A stretch of DNA of 64,000 nucleotides, from the NCBI GenBank assembly GCA_965153355.1, contig OZ231126.1, positions 22,010,001-22,074,000 on the forward strand. Direction: 5' to 3'. This document shows positions 31,136 to 44,334 of this stretch, in pieces. The number at the start of each line of letters is the position of its first letter. Position 1 is the stretch's first letter. This stretch comes from Flaccisagitta enflata. Its lineage: Eukaryota. A model generated the notes under the pieces. That model was not told the DNA's origin. It was given only the letters and a program-made list of their open reading frames with translations, and did no database searches. The position numbers and the translations under genes were made by a program.

Positions 31136-32863
31136 CCCTGCTTTCAAAAGCAAGTGTTACCAGTAAAAACTTTATTGTGCATAAAGTATTCATTTTTAGA
31201 AAATCCGGTTGGTTTTGTCTAAAAGCACATAACCTACCATTTTTTCATGCAAAATTTCATCATGATGGGTCTAGCGGTTTAACTATGGCAAAAAAAAAAA
31301 CCAAACAGTTACTTCTATTGCTCATAAATCCTTTGAAAATTCACCCAGTGTGCTGAAATTTTTACTGAAGTTACTTTTTAGTATCATTAAGCATCACTGA
31401 AAAAATCAATGACCTGCTCTAAATAGTTTGAGAATTATAGTTTTTTTAAAAGTGCTTGTCAGAAGATCAGAAATTCAATGTACACACATAAGAATTTACA
31501 AAGAATCAATAAACAAACTTAAAAAAACCATACTAAATCTAGTCCGATTTTGATGAAATTTTAAGTGGAAGTAAACCACAGTGTTAGCAGGCTGTGATAA
31601 AAATTTCATTACAAAACTCCAATTATTTTAGCAGAAACAGCAAGTTTTCTAAAACTTTTTTTGTGGTTTTTAGAATGAAGTTAATGAAGATGATATCTGA
31701 AATATTAATCAATGCTAAGGCTAGAGTTTTTTACCAATTATCATGATTTTTTAACTGGTAACTTTTGTACATATGATTCATCTCCAGTAAAATTTTTGTG
31801 AAGATTGAAGCATTTTTAGTCCCCCAAATTTCAAAAATATTCTAACAGGTAGCAGAATATTTCTTATCCTGAGCAAGCTTACAATCAACCAATATCTACC
31901 CCACTAGACTTTATCTGAGTAGATGCGAATTTTGCCTAGTATTAGTAAATATTACCATCAGACTACAGTTCAAAAATCATGACAAAACTCCCAAAACTTT
32001 TTGCACAATGCCAATTTTACTAAAAATGGTAATATTTTGATTTAGGATAAACGTCATCTCTGGCAGTCCAAAAAAGAGGTGACTTCAGTAAAAACGTGAT
32101 AACGGCTAAAGTTTTCAACGGATTTTGATGAAATTTTAACCAGACATAGTCCATATCATGGTTATCATTCACTGTAAATTTTATGCAAATTGGTCAACAT
32201 CTTCATACTTTTTTGCTCTCTCAAAAGTTGTTTGGTTTTTTTTTTTGCCATAGTTATCGTCCACATGTTTTTGAAATTTGGTGAAATTTAAGCAAAATTT
32301 GCATAAAAAACACATTTTTGAGCGATTTTGCACCTAGGAACCTTCATTAACATTTCACATTATGAGCTTGAATGACCAAATAAGTCATGTATAGTCAATA
32401 ATTGACACTTAATTTGTATCACCTTAGTTTTTCACCATTTTATAAGAAATTTTGGTCCTTAAATGCATTTGAAACCTGCTCAATTTTCAAAAAATCAAAA
32501 GAAAACCTAGATTATCCTCTTAAATTTCAATGATTTGGTATTTTTCCACAGAAATACGTAAACTGAGACTAATATACTTTTTTCAAGACAAATCTGGCCA
32601 TTTTTGCTTGATTCGTTAAGAAATGATGATGATTTTAAGTCACAGTGTCAGTTAATCTATTCTTAAAAAATGCTCTTATGGAGAATATCTCACTTTCATT
32701 CAAAATCATGTGGAAGCCATACGGCTTGAGCTAGTCCTATGAAATTTTGCATGAACAAATGGTAGGTTATATGCTTTTTGGCAAATCCAATCTGAATTTC
32801 CAAAAATAAATACTTGAGATGCAATAAAGATTTTGCTGGTAACACTTGCTTTTGAAAGCAGGG
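31136..32863. mobile_element. TA-flanked TIR element (1.7 kb) interrupting a reading frame; related partial copy from about 35384
   Basis: TA-CCCTGCTTTCAAAAGCAAGTGTTACCAG mirrored by CTGGTAACACTTGCTTTTGAAAGCAGGG-TA. About 150 bp of imperfect TIR. Confidence 0.85.
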
Positions 32864-33320
32864 TATTTGGAAGAGATTGGAGTGGCCAATTAGATGGGAT
32901 GCGGCGAAAGGTGAGTGCAAGAAGTTGGGCAATGGCTTCGGTTTGATGAATTGGATGGACAAGGAAGCAATGACCATAATGGCCGATATTCTGTGGACCG
33001 AGCGCCGGGATGTTCAACACAAGTATAACGATGTCAATTATTACTATATCGGTGCAAAACTAAATCGAGTTCGGCTGGAAAACGGGAACTTCGAAGATCA
33101 GCCGCAGTTTATTAACGGTAACAAGCCTGTGGATCCGGATTTGGTGAGCTCCAAAGCAAAATCGAGCAACAAATGGATTCAAGGGTCTGAGCTCGGCCTT
33201 CGTTTGGAATTGGATGGAACCGGCGGCATTGAGCCTCCTAACCGGCTTCTTGAAAGGGGAATTTTGCGCACTTGTCACGACAGAGCCCTCGGGTGTGGGT
33301 CTTATGTTACCACTGAGTAG
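32864..33320 (+). CDS. C-type-lectin-like coding segment (terminal exon or pseudo-exon)
   Basis: About 150 open codons of non-repetitive sequence: IWKRLEWPIRWDAAKGECKKLG..GL...YYIGA. This fits the W..A...C...G..L and WIG-like pattern of C-type lectin domains. No clear EPN/QPD/WND sugar-binding motif. Confidence 0.55.
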
Positions 33321-34025
33321 CGCTTATGATCGCGTTCCCACGTCACTCACATTTTTACCGTAATCGGTGGATGTTGTCAAAATATGTAAAAATGAAATGT
33401 TTTAAAAAAATTAATCAAATTATCATTTACGTACCATCACAATAATACTGTTGTCTCAATTTTTCGTTAGAGGGACTGCGAGGGAAAGATAGTAAAGAGC
33501 GGTATCCAATATCATCTAGTGAAACTCTTTGGAGGACAAGTAGTGATAACCACACTTCTAGCAAAGATAAGTAGAGAGTAGAAAGTAAAAGTTTTATCAA
33601 CTGAATATGCGAAAAAAAAGTTCTTGTGACATATCTTGATTGAAATCGTAATGAGGCTTCGCAAATTATTTCCATGCCAAATGGAAGTAGTTACAGCCGG
33701 GGCGGGACTTCCAATGAAGTTTTAATAAAAAGAAGCACCTCTCTTTGTTGATATTTTTTGCATAAATGCACTTATTCTTTAAGTGAACGTAGACTTATGT
33801 CCTAGGTAGTAACACATTTTGTCGCAACTCTTTACAGTTGATGCTTCTTTATAGGTACATTTGAGCTTCAATCAAGCGCATCCCAAGGGATTTGGCAATA
33901 TGGCCCCCTTTTTTAACGCAGCATAGCAATCATCGCAGTTGTTGGACTCGGGACCGACGTTTTAAGCGCCCCCTCAAACTCCTGTGTTACCTCCATGAGT
34001 CCGTAAGTCCATGGGGTCCATATAA

Positions 34026-35142
34026 TAGGGTGTCCAATAAATTTGGCAAAATTTGATAGGGAACATCCAAAAACTATTCCTAAATGATTATTTCTGTTGA
34101 AAAAAGAGTCAAGTTTAAAGGTTGGTTGTCAATGAATATTCATTATCACACAGGCAGCAACAAATCAATAAATGAGATCTGTACTCGGCAGGAAAGTTTC
34201 CTCTGCAGTGATCTTGAGAAAATTGGCTTGGATGGACAAACGTGAATAGATGGTATCTTTAGGATTATTACAGCGGATTTTTTCAATGCCCTAATCCAAA
34301 TTTGTGTCAGTAGGGCAGTTCTGCTTCAATAATGTATATCCCCCTATTTGTTGACCTTGTTAGGATACCAAACTTGTTGTCACAGTTAACCATATGATTG
34401 CCATCCTTAACTTTTTTTACCGGTAAAAATCCCATAGAATTGGAAATTTGGTTTCATGCATGACTCCTTTCTTTTTAAACCCGGAGAGTCCTTATGAAAA
34501 ACTGTGCATTTGAACATGTAATAGAACTAATCAGGAGGGTTCATACAGTACCTTCCGAGCAAACCCGGCTAAAACTGGAAGATTAATTTTTGTCACTTTA
34601 ATTTCATTTCTCAAACTTTATTTTTTGTATTTAGCTTGATTAAATAATACTTAATTCCTTGAACATATTTTGCTGTCAAAAAGAATAACTTGTGAAATCA
34701 AAGTGCATGAAGACATCAATTTGAAGTGTTCTAACCCAGACCATTAGATTAAAACAATTTAGGACAATTGTCCTTAAAAACTTTAAATGGCCATAAAATC
34801 TGTAATAATTATCTGATTGAGCTGTTCTTCTTGTCTAGGATAGGAAAAATTTTCTGCTGAATCCAATGGTCTGGCTTAGAAGACTCCAAATTGATATCTT
34901 CATGCACTTTGATTTCACGAGTTATTTTTTTTGACAGCAAAATATGTTCAAGAAATTAAGTATTTTTTAATTACTAAATACAAAAAATGAAATTTGGGAA
35001 ATGAAATTAAAGTAATAAAATTGATTCTCCAGTTTTAGCCGGGTTTGCTCAGAAGGTACTGTACCAAATGACAGCTTACTGGACCATCTATAAGTAGAGA
35101 TTCTGTACAAAAATGTTTTTACCAAATTTATTGGACACCCTG
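34026..35142. mobile_element. Tc1/mariner-like element hosting a nested MITE
   Basis: AGGGTGTCCAATAAATTTGG mirrored by CCAAATTTATTGGACACCCT. Confidence 0.65.
34546..35061. mobile_element. Palindromic MITE, same family as 2841-3403
   Basis: TA-CAGTACCTTCCGAGCAAACCCGG...CCGGGTTTGCTCAGAAGGTACTG-TA. Confidence 0.9.
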
Positions 35143-36040
35143 TTACAATGGTACATCCTGGGTTCTAACCTACGACCCTCACTTCTAAAGGAAAGTGTTC
35201 TAATCAGTTATTACGTGCATCACTCCTGGTTTTCTTTTGTGCAAAACTAATAAGACCAATGTCTCTTCGAAGTGTAACCTAAAACCTTATTGCTCTCAAG
35301 AAATAGATAGGGCCGAAAAATTGTTACCTATAAATCAAAAATTCAATAATTCTCCCAAGGGCAACATTTTTTAAGAAACCATACCCTGTTTTCAAAAGCG
35401 ACTGCAACCAGCAAAACCTAAAGTAATAACATTAGGACATCTGGATTTGTTTTATTTAAAAGCAAATAACCTCCCATTTATTCATGCAAAATTTCATAGC
35501 AGTAGTTCCAGTAGTTTAGCTTCCACAGATTTTTTAATTATGGTGAAATTTGATGAAGTTTTACTTAAAAATAGCATTTTTACAGAAATTTACATCAATA
35601 GACTGTTGTTATTTTTGTAAGAATTCAGCTAAGATGACCATGTTGGTCATAAATTGATATTTATTGACCCATTTTTTGCATCAATTATAATCTTTTATGA
35701 TTTTTGTAAAAAATTGAGGCCTTTTATGACATTTGATGGGGTTATAAATCGTTTCAAACTTTGAGAAATCAGAGGAAAAATCAAATTTGCCACATGAAAA
35801 AAACATAAATATTACAATTTTGATTTTTATTTTTTCTTAAGATGCATACAAAAAGATCATTATCCATGTTTAAAGACAAATCTGGCAATTTTCATTTGAT
35901 TCTTGGAAAATTGAGAAATGACATTATTTAAAAGTAATGGGGATCATTCAATCAAATTTTTGAGGATGTCCCTTTCTACATTTTTACTCAAAGTTATGTG
36001 AGACAGGGAAACAGAGAGACAGAGAGACAGAGAGACAGAG

Positions 36041-36253
<213 letters not shown>

Positions 36254-36338
36254 CAGAGAGACAGAGAGACAGAGACAGAGAAAGCCAATGAGACAGAGAG
36301 ACAGAGACAGAGAGACAGAGACAGAAAAAGAGAAAGAG

Positions 36339-36466
<128 letters not shown>

Positions 36467-36626
36467 GTGTCCGCGATTAAAAATTGCGAACTGTAGCATT
36501 ATATTCATGAATGTCCTTTATTGATCTTCTCATTAATTCATGTCACGAGTCATTTTACTAAGTTACCACCAAGATCATATCCAAGCGGTGCAATGCAAAA
36601 ACACATCTCCAAACTCCAAACGCATT

Positions 36627-38446
36627 TTTAGTCGCGTGCACGCGACTCTACAACCCGCTCTGTCGGTCCGTCGGTCGGTCGGTCCGTCGGTCCGTCCGTA
36701 ACACTTTGCTTTTTTTCGTCTTTTTGGGTCATCTGGAGTTATTTTGAGTCATTTTTTTGTTGCTTTTGGGAATTATTGGTTGCTTTTAGTCATTTTTGGT
36801 TATTTTTGGTCAGTTTTGGTCATTTTGGTCATTTTGGTCATTTTGGTCATTTTGGTCATTTTTGGTCATTTTTGATTATTTTTGGTCATTTTTGGTCATT
36901 TTTGGTCATTTTTGGTCATTTTTGGTCATTTTTGGTCATTTTTGGTCATTTTGGTCATTTTGGTCATTTTGGTCATTTTGGTCATTTTGGTCATTTTTGG
37001 TCATTTTTGGTCATTTTTGGTCATTTTTGGTCATTTTTGGTCATTTTTGGTCATTTTTGGTCATTTTTGGTCATTTTGGTCATTTTGGTCATTTTTGGTC
37101 ATTTTTGGTCATTTTTGGTCATTTTTGGTCATTTTTGGTCATTTTTGGTCATTTTTGGTCATTTTTGGTCATTTTGGTCATTTTAGGTCATTTTTGGTCA
37201 TTTTGATCATTTTGATCATTTTGATCATTTTTGTTCATTTTTGTTCATTTTTGGTCAATTTTGGTTATTTTTGATCATTTTGGTCATTTTGGTCATTTTG
37301 GTCATTTTGGTCATTTTTGGTCATTTTTGGTCATTTTTGGTCATTTTAGGTCATTTTTGGTCGTTTTCGGTCGTTTTTGGTCATTTTGGTCATTTTTGGT
37401 CATCTTTGGTCAAAAAGTCTGCTGGTTAAAGTCTGCTGGGTAAAGTCTGATGGTTTAAGTCTGCTGGTTTAAATCTGCTGGTTTAAGTCTGCTGGTTTAA
37501 ATCTAATGGGTTAAGTCTGCTGGTTAAAGTCTGCTGGTTTAAATCTGCTGGTTTATGTCTGCTGGTTTAAGTCTGCTGGTTTAAATCTAATGGTTTAGGT
37601 CTGCTGGTCTAATGGTTTAAGTCTGCTGGTTAAAATGATATTAAAGATAAGTATGGTTTAAGTCTGGTTTAAGTCTGGTTTAAGTCTGGTTGAAGTCTGG
37701 TTTAAGCATAGTTTAAGTCTGGTTAAGTCTGGTTTAAGTCTGGTTTAAGACTGGTTCATGTCTGATTTATGTCTGGTTTAGGTCTGGGTTAGGTCTGGTT
37801 TAGGTCTGGTGTATGTCTGGTTTTTGTCTGGTTTATGTTTGATTTAGGTCTGATTTAGGTCTGGTTTTGGTCTGGTTTTGGTCTGGTTTTGGTTTGGTTT
37901 CATTCTGGTTTGAGTCTGGTTTGAGTCTGGTTTGAGTCTGGTTTGAGTCTGGTTTGAGTCTGGTTTGATTCTGGTTTGAGCCTGGTTTGAGCCTGGTTTG
38001 AGCCTGGTTTGAGCCTGGTTTGAGCCTGGTTTGAGCCTGGTTTGAGCCTGGTTTAAGTCTGGTTTAAGTCTGGTTTGAGTCTGGTTTGAGTCTGGTTTGA
38101 GTCTGGTTTGAGTCTGGTTTGAGTCTGGATTGAGTCTGGTTTGAGTCTGGTTTGAGTCTGGCTTAAATCTGGTTTATGTCTGGTTTATGTCTGGTTTATG
38201 TCTGGTTTATGTCTGATTTAGGTCTGTTTTCGGTCTGGTTTAATTCTGGTTTGAGTCTGGTTTGAGTCTGGTTTGAGTCTGGTTTGAGTCTGGTTTGAGT
38301 CTGGTTTGAGTCTGGTTTGAGTCTGGTTTGAGTCTGGTTTGGGTCTGTTTTGGGTTGCGTTTAAGTCTGATTTTTGATAAAAAGATACAGTCAGGTCAGT
38401 TCAATTATTTTTGTCCTGCACGCGACTTATAGGTGTTGGCCTTGTT
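36627..38446 (+). mobile_element. HINE/DINE-like element with an internal 1.6-kb composite minisatellite
   Basis: 5' TTTTAGTCGCGTGCACGCGACTC plus (GTCG)n; 3' TGCACGCGACTTATAGGTGTTGGCCTTGTT. Internal arrays (TTTTGGTCA[T])n at about 36770-37410, (GTCTGCTGGTTTAA)n at about 37417-37632 and (GTCTGGTTTGA)n at about 37660-38370. Confidence 0.8.
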
Positions 38447-38505
38447 AAAGGGCTACTCGGTCACCTGCTACGTTCGTTCGCTCGCATCGCTAACTCCGCT
38501 CACTC

Positions 38506-39465
38506 CACTATGGGCTATGGATTGGGCTAGCTGGCTCCTTGTGTGTTTGGGTGAAAATTCTTATTTCTGTTATATGGCTGAAACTATTTAAAATGGTCAA
38601 AGTAACATATGAGCATACATTACCTGACCATATTGCAGATTTCTAGGCATTTTCAAGTGAAAAAAAGCACCTCAAGTGGACTCACTCATAAAAATTGCAT
38701 AATTTCAACAAAAATCAATAAATTTTTAGATTATCTATTTGAAATGAATAAAGGCTCATGAAATCTCCACTATTGGATTAGATTCCTTCATTAATGTCTC
38801 AATGGCTAGAAAAGTTTAAAGAAACATCATTTCTCACATATCAAGGACTGATTGATTACCTTATTATCTTCAGATGATTGACCTTATTTTCATGATTTTT
38901 TTACTCTATGACAAAAAAAATCGCACAAAGCCGCACAACATGAAACCTATGCCAAAATGTAGTTTAAGGTGTCCAAAATTAAGATTGCTATGGCTCAGGG
39001 CGGGCTTTTCCGGGCTAATTGCGATTTACTAGGCCTAAAATGGACAAGTAATATTGTGGAAAAAAGTAAAAATCTATATTTGATTGGAAGAACAATGAGC
39101 AAAATGAGCTAAATGAGTAAAAAAAAAGATTTTATTTTGAACATCTTTGTAAGGATTCCTATTAACCAAAGACAAACATTTTATTGAATTGGTCAAAACT
39201 TTAGACAATTTAAATACTAAATGTAAGAGAAATTAGCAGTATTTTTCACTTGAGTTTCTCGAATTTCTCCTGTTTTATATCATACGCTCATAAAGCTTTT
39301 GATACAGTAGAAATGAGTCAACATTGGGAATAAATAGTTCCATAACATCTAAAAATATGCAGAAAAATGTTTTTCACTCTGTATATTTCATAAGTAACAT
39401 TGTAATGGATAAGATGTGATGTTAATCCCCAATGAGCCACCTAGCGCACATTTCAGCCCACAGTG
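38506..39465. mobile_element. Transib-like non-autonomous element
   Basis: Termini CACTATGGGCT.../...AGCCCACAGTG with about 35-bp imperfect TIRs. 5-bp TSD CACTC (38501-38505, 39466-39470). The empty site matches the uninterrupted host repeat at about 45600-45830 on the reverse strand. Confidence 0.8.
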
Positions 39466-39569
39466 CACTCGCTCCACAGCGCTCCGCTTCGCTACGCTTG
39501 CTCCATTTACGGACTTGCTAACTCACTTTCCTCGCTCCCTTGTGGGACAGTTGAAATTCATAAGTCTAT

Positions 39570-40182
39570 GACGGCAATTTTTTGAAGGAAAATCAAGTGT
39601 TTCACCATACTTTTTGCATCAGTATCAGGATAATGATGATCCTCAAATGCTTTAAGAAAACAAATTGTCTCTAAAGACACTTGATGTATACATTTTTATC
39701 ATATTTGGACCTCAAAAGTAATTTTAACTATGCAATTCACTTGAAAATAGTCAAGAGAATCAAGGATTTTAATAAGATCTCGATTACATTTTTCTATTCT
39801 TGCCTGCGGTTGAAATTATATTACTCTCTAATGAAAGGAAATTTTGCATTTCCAAAAACATAGTTCTCTCTGTAAATGATTTTTGAGGAGAACTATGTTT
39901 TTCATTTTTTCATTTTTTCATTTTCTATGCAAATTTATAATTTCAACCGCCCCTTGGTCACTGACCAAAAATGAAATTCTTAGTAATTTGCAGTAAATTT
40001 TCTTCATCAATTTTATCTTAATTAGGTTCTTTTTTGTTGATAAGTGCAAAGCATGCAAAAAAATATCTATTGTGACTTATTTCAATGATTTTCTTATTAT
40101 AATCATTCAGTTTTTATAGATTTTCATTTCTTAATTTTGGCCCCCAATGAAACACAAATGTTGCCTTCGGAAGACCACTGTC
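39570..40182. mobile_element. TIR-like insertion in the same GCTC-rich host repeat
   Basis: CTAT(G) is duplicated at both junctions. Removing the insertion restores similarity to the reverse complement of 45640-45690. Weak GAC...GTC termini. Confidence 0.5.
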
Positions 40183-40366
40183 CTATGTTAACGCTGAAAT
40201 CACGTTCAAAGGAAACTAGAAGCACACCCAAAGTCCTATGATCTTTGATATCATCCTCCAAAACAGGTGCGAAGCACACTCAATCGCCAACCTTCCATTA
40301 ATTATTGGGTCGTGCAGGGTTGTCTTCTTAAGATAGTTCTAATTAGTTAAAGAGGCAGTGTGTGTG

Positions 40367-40526
<160 letters not shown>

Positions 40527-41860
40527 TGTTTCACTACAGCATGGCAAGTCACCACTAATCACCGCAAAAATCGACCCGGATCGGACAGACTGACCGAGAC
40601 TCTTTCCTGTATCGTTGATCGATATCCAGTGTGCTACACCGAGACAGACCGCCGAGACAGACAGACAGACACACAGATAGACAGACAGACAGACAGACCC
40701 TCAAGCCCGACCCTTTTTTCTCCTTTCATTTTATTTCTAAAAACATTCATGACTGATTTCTTTTGATCCTTTGAAGAAAGAATTATTTTTATTATATATT
40801 GTACTTCATAATTATCATTATTTCTTTCATAATTTTTTTTTAAATTTACATTTTGTTTTTTATACTGCATCATCATATTTCCTTCTTTATTTTTTAGATT
40901 TTCACTTTTTACTTTTTACTTTTCAGTTTTCAGTTTTTATTCATCCTTCTTTATTTTTCAACTGGGCTTTGTTTATAGATTTCATTTTCTTTTAACTTTC
41001 CGATTTTATTTTGTTTTCTTTATTTAAAATTTTTTCATAAAAGATACAATTGAAATATTTGATTTAATCTATGATATAGAGGCTTGGCAAGGATCGTTGA
41101 ATTTTGCAGATGTATGACTCTTCCGGAATCTTAAGGGATGATTGAATGAACAGAGAGAAAATGGGATTTATTGGAAGGACCAAAAGGACGATTTGGATGG
41201 GGTCACCATCCCTACACCCTACTTACAGCAATTTTCACGATTAGACATAATGCAGACCGATCCATTTCAAATGGATACGTGTATGTACATATTTATCTTT
41301 TCTTTTTTCCGTTTGTTTAGCAATCATTTAATAATAACAGGAAGAGCATAGTAGTTTGTTTTTTTTTTTTTTTTTAAAGGTGTATACATGTGCATATTTT
41401 TCTTTCCTTTTTTGTTTGTTTGGTCATCATTCAAATAATGATAGGAAGAGCTTAGTCAGCTTTTCCCAAAGAATCAGTCCTCTCTGGATCAGATTTAAGC
41501 TAGGCGCAATCAAGTGAATCACATTTTTTTTCCGTGCATTTTTTTTCGGTACATATAAAGTTGACAGCAGACCTACGTATTGATTACGTACTAAGAGTGG
41601 AAAAATTTAAAGAATTTATAAATCTACAAGAAAAATTTATAAAATTTTATAAATCTACAAGGAATACTCAAAGCAAGTTCAACTTAAGAAAGGGTGTATA
41701 AATAAGTACTGCAGCTCTACGTATAAATACGTACAAAGAATAGAAAGGTGACAGTTCTGCTAGAGATACTAGTAGAGAGCTCAACATAGGAAAAGGTGGA
41801 TAAATAAGTAGCCCCCCCCCCTTTGGAGGACCGACTCTTTGGGTTTGACTTTGGCCGTGG

Positions 41861-41971
<111 letters not shown>

Positions 41972-41989
41972 CAGACAGAGACAGACAGA

Positions 41990-42350
41990 GTTGTTATATT
42001 GTTGGCGGTTGGTATGCAGTAGTAGGGGTTGTTTTTCGTCTGACTCCTCCCCCGCAGATCCTTACCCAACGTAGTCTATGTAAATAGTACTATTGCTGGG
42101 GGGATCTGGCTAAGAATAGAACTAGCTAGGGGATGAGGCAGTTGTCATTGTGAGGCAGTGTGAGAGAGAGGCAGACATACAGGTAAAATTGTTACGTTGT
42201 TAACAGTTGGTATGCAGTAGTAGGAGCTGTTTCTTGTCTGACTCATCTCCCACAGATCCTTACCCAACGTAGTCTATGTAAATAGTACTGTTGCTGGGGG
42301 GATCTGGCTAAGAATAGAACTAGCAAGGAGATGAGGCAGTTGTCATTGTG
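41990..42350. repeat. 198-bp tandem duplication of a strongly structured unit (candidate ncRNA or cis-acting element)
   Basis: GTTGGTATGCAGTAGTAGG...GAGGCAGTTGTCATTGTG at 42008-42152 and 42206-42350. See findings. Confidence 0.85.
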
Positions 42351-42543
42351 CCTAGGCGTCAATATTTTAAATAGGATGAGTCACAGATGATTTTGAGTAG
42401 GAGATGGAGGAAGATTTGGTGGGCGCTGTGCAGGCAGGATAACATCTAGAGGGCTGCGGTGGGACCGATAGATGACTTTTTGATCCTTTGATGTACTTGC
42501 GCGAACTAGCTGGATCACTTCTGCCTCTCTCCCAACAGCCTGT

Positions 42544-42582
<39 letters not shown>

Positions 42583-43111
42583 GGTTCGTCGATTCGTCGG
42601 TGTACCATATTCTCCCAATTCAGGATTACCTTCGATCGCGATTTCACTTGTTTCCATTCTATCTTAAAAACGAGCGGTTTCTTTGGCACAAAAACTCGCG
42701 ATCTTGACATACTTTTTAGATGCGTCATCGCATCTCTATAAGAGGGTCTGTCCGTCCGTCCGTCCGTCCGTCCGTCCGTCCGTCCGTCTGTCCGTCCGTC
42801 CGTCCGATCGTCCGTCCGTCCGTCCGTCCATCCATCGGTACGTCCGTCGGTCCGTCATCCGTCCGTTGGTCTGTTGGTACGTCCGTCCGTTACGCCTCTT
42901 TTGATATCACGCAAGTGACGCATCTAGTTGCCTAGATCGGGCTTGTTTTTCAAAAAAAGATTTCTCCAAATCGATAACAGACACAAGGAAAGCAACTCTA
43001 CTGCAAGTTCAATTTGGATTTACTATGATAAGCGACCTATCAACACTTCAAAGTGGAAAATACAGAAACACAAAAACAAACACACACACACACACACACA
43101 CGCACACACGC

Positions 43112-43187
<76 letters not shown>

Positions 43188-44334
43188 CAAAAAAGAGACA
43201 ACTTATTTAGCTTATTTCTGTTGAACTAAAGATATAAAGTATAAAAAATCCATGACGTTGCTGGTAGTTCTTGCTTAATTCGTTAAGAAATGGCACAAGA
43301 ATGAATGAAAACATTGCCATATTCAATTTTGCAATTCATCTGTTTTCAAAAGGTTTTGAAAAGTAGTTCCATTTGACAAGCTCTAACTTTCTAACGGTTT
43401 GAGTTACAGATTTTTGCTATGTTTTTCTTATTGGATGAATGTGAAACATTGAAAAACATTTTGTATCTTTTATTTTTATTTTTTTTTTTTTGCTATAGTT
43501 GATAATAAGATAATCCTCAAAAAAATAGTGAATCGTATCGGAAATCGATATATAGCTATATCTAATAATCGATACATAGCTATCTCTTCTCGTATCTATT
43601 GGAGACAAGAACTACCTAAATCGTGCAGTAGATCGTATCTAGTTTGTATGACCTATATCGTCAGTGATTAGTCATTACAGCTGTCATGCTTGGGACCGAC
43701 TCAGCGTTTTAAGCGCATCCATGCTGTGTAATGCAACCACTTGTCGACCGCATCTTTGAAGTCGCCAGTTGTGGCCAGAGTCTCGTCAGGTGTCAGGTGT
43801 CAGCCGCTCCCAACATTTTGCCTATTAGAAGCCGTGTTGGCCCACACCTTCAGGTGTTCCATTTTCCTGATCTAAGGTAAGTCTACCTTCCTTCTTGGGT
43901 GCGACAAAGCACCTACATAACTGGCTGTGTCCGTTAGTTGGTCGGTCTGTCGGTCGGTCGGTCGGTCTGTTGCGCATTCGTTCGACGATCCACACGTCGC
44001 ACCTTATTGACCTACTTGGCCTTGTTTAAGTCTCGGTGTAGAAAAGCAGCAAATTAGACCAATCATTCTGTTTTGAAAGGAAATGCGCGGCTATGCAACA
44101 GAGATATGAAAAAAAACTTATGTCTTATACTCTTATCATGCTGCCTTAAGCCAGTGAAAAAGAAATATTTCATTCCTATTCAGGTGTGCCAAATTGTGCG
44201 AAGGTGCACTTGAAAGTCTGGTGCAAAGATAAATCCCCATCTGTTTACGTAATACGATACTTATGAGTCCCGTGCTACGCGACTCTACAGTCTACACCCT
44301 GCTTTGTATGTTGGTCGGTCGGTCGATCAGCCCC

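Noticed and set aside
35149..35215. tRNA-like sequence on the minus strand (…GGTCGTAGGTTAGAACCCAGGATGTACCA)
   Set aside because: The T-loop and stems are degenerate and no complete cloverleaf forms. At most a tRNA-derived SINE relic.
42040..42141. 7SK-like GAUC/GAUC stem or HDV-like ribozyme
   Set aside because: Only the GATC pair resembles 7SK. The required termini and the HDV nested pseudoknot are absent.
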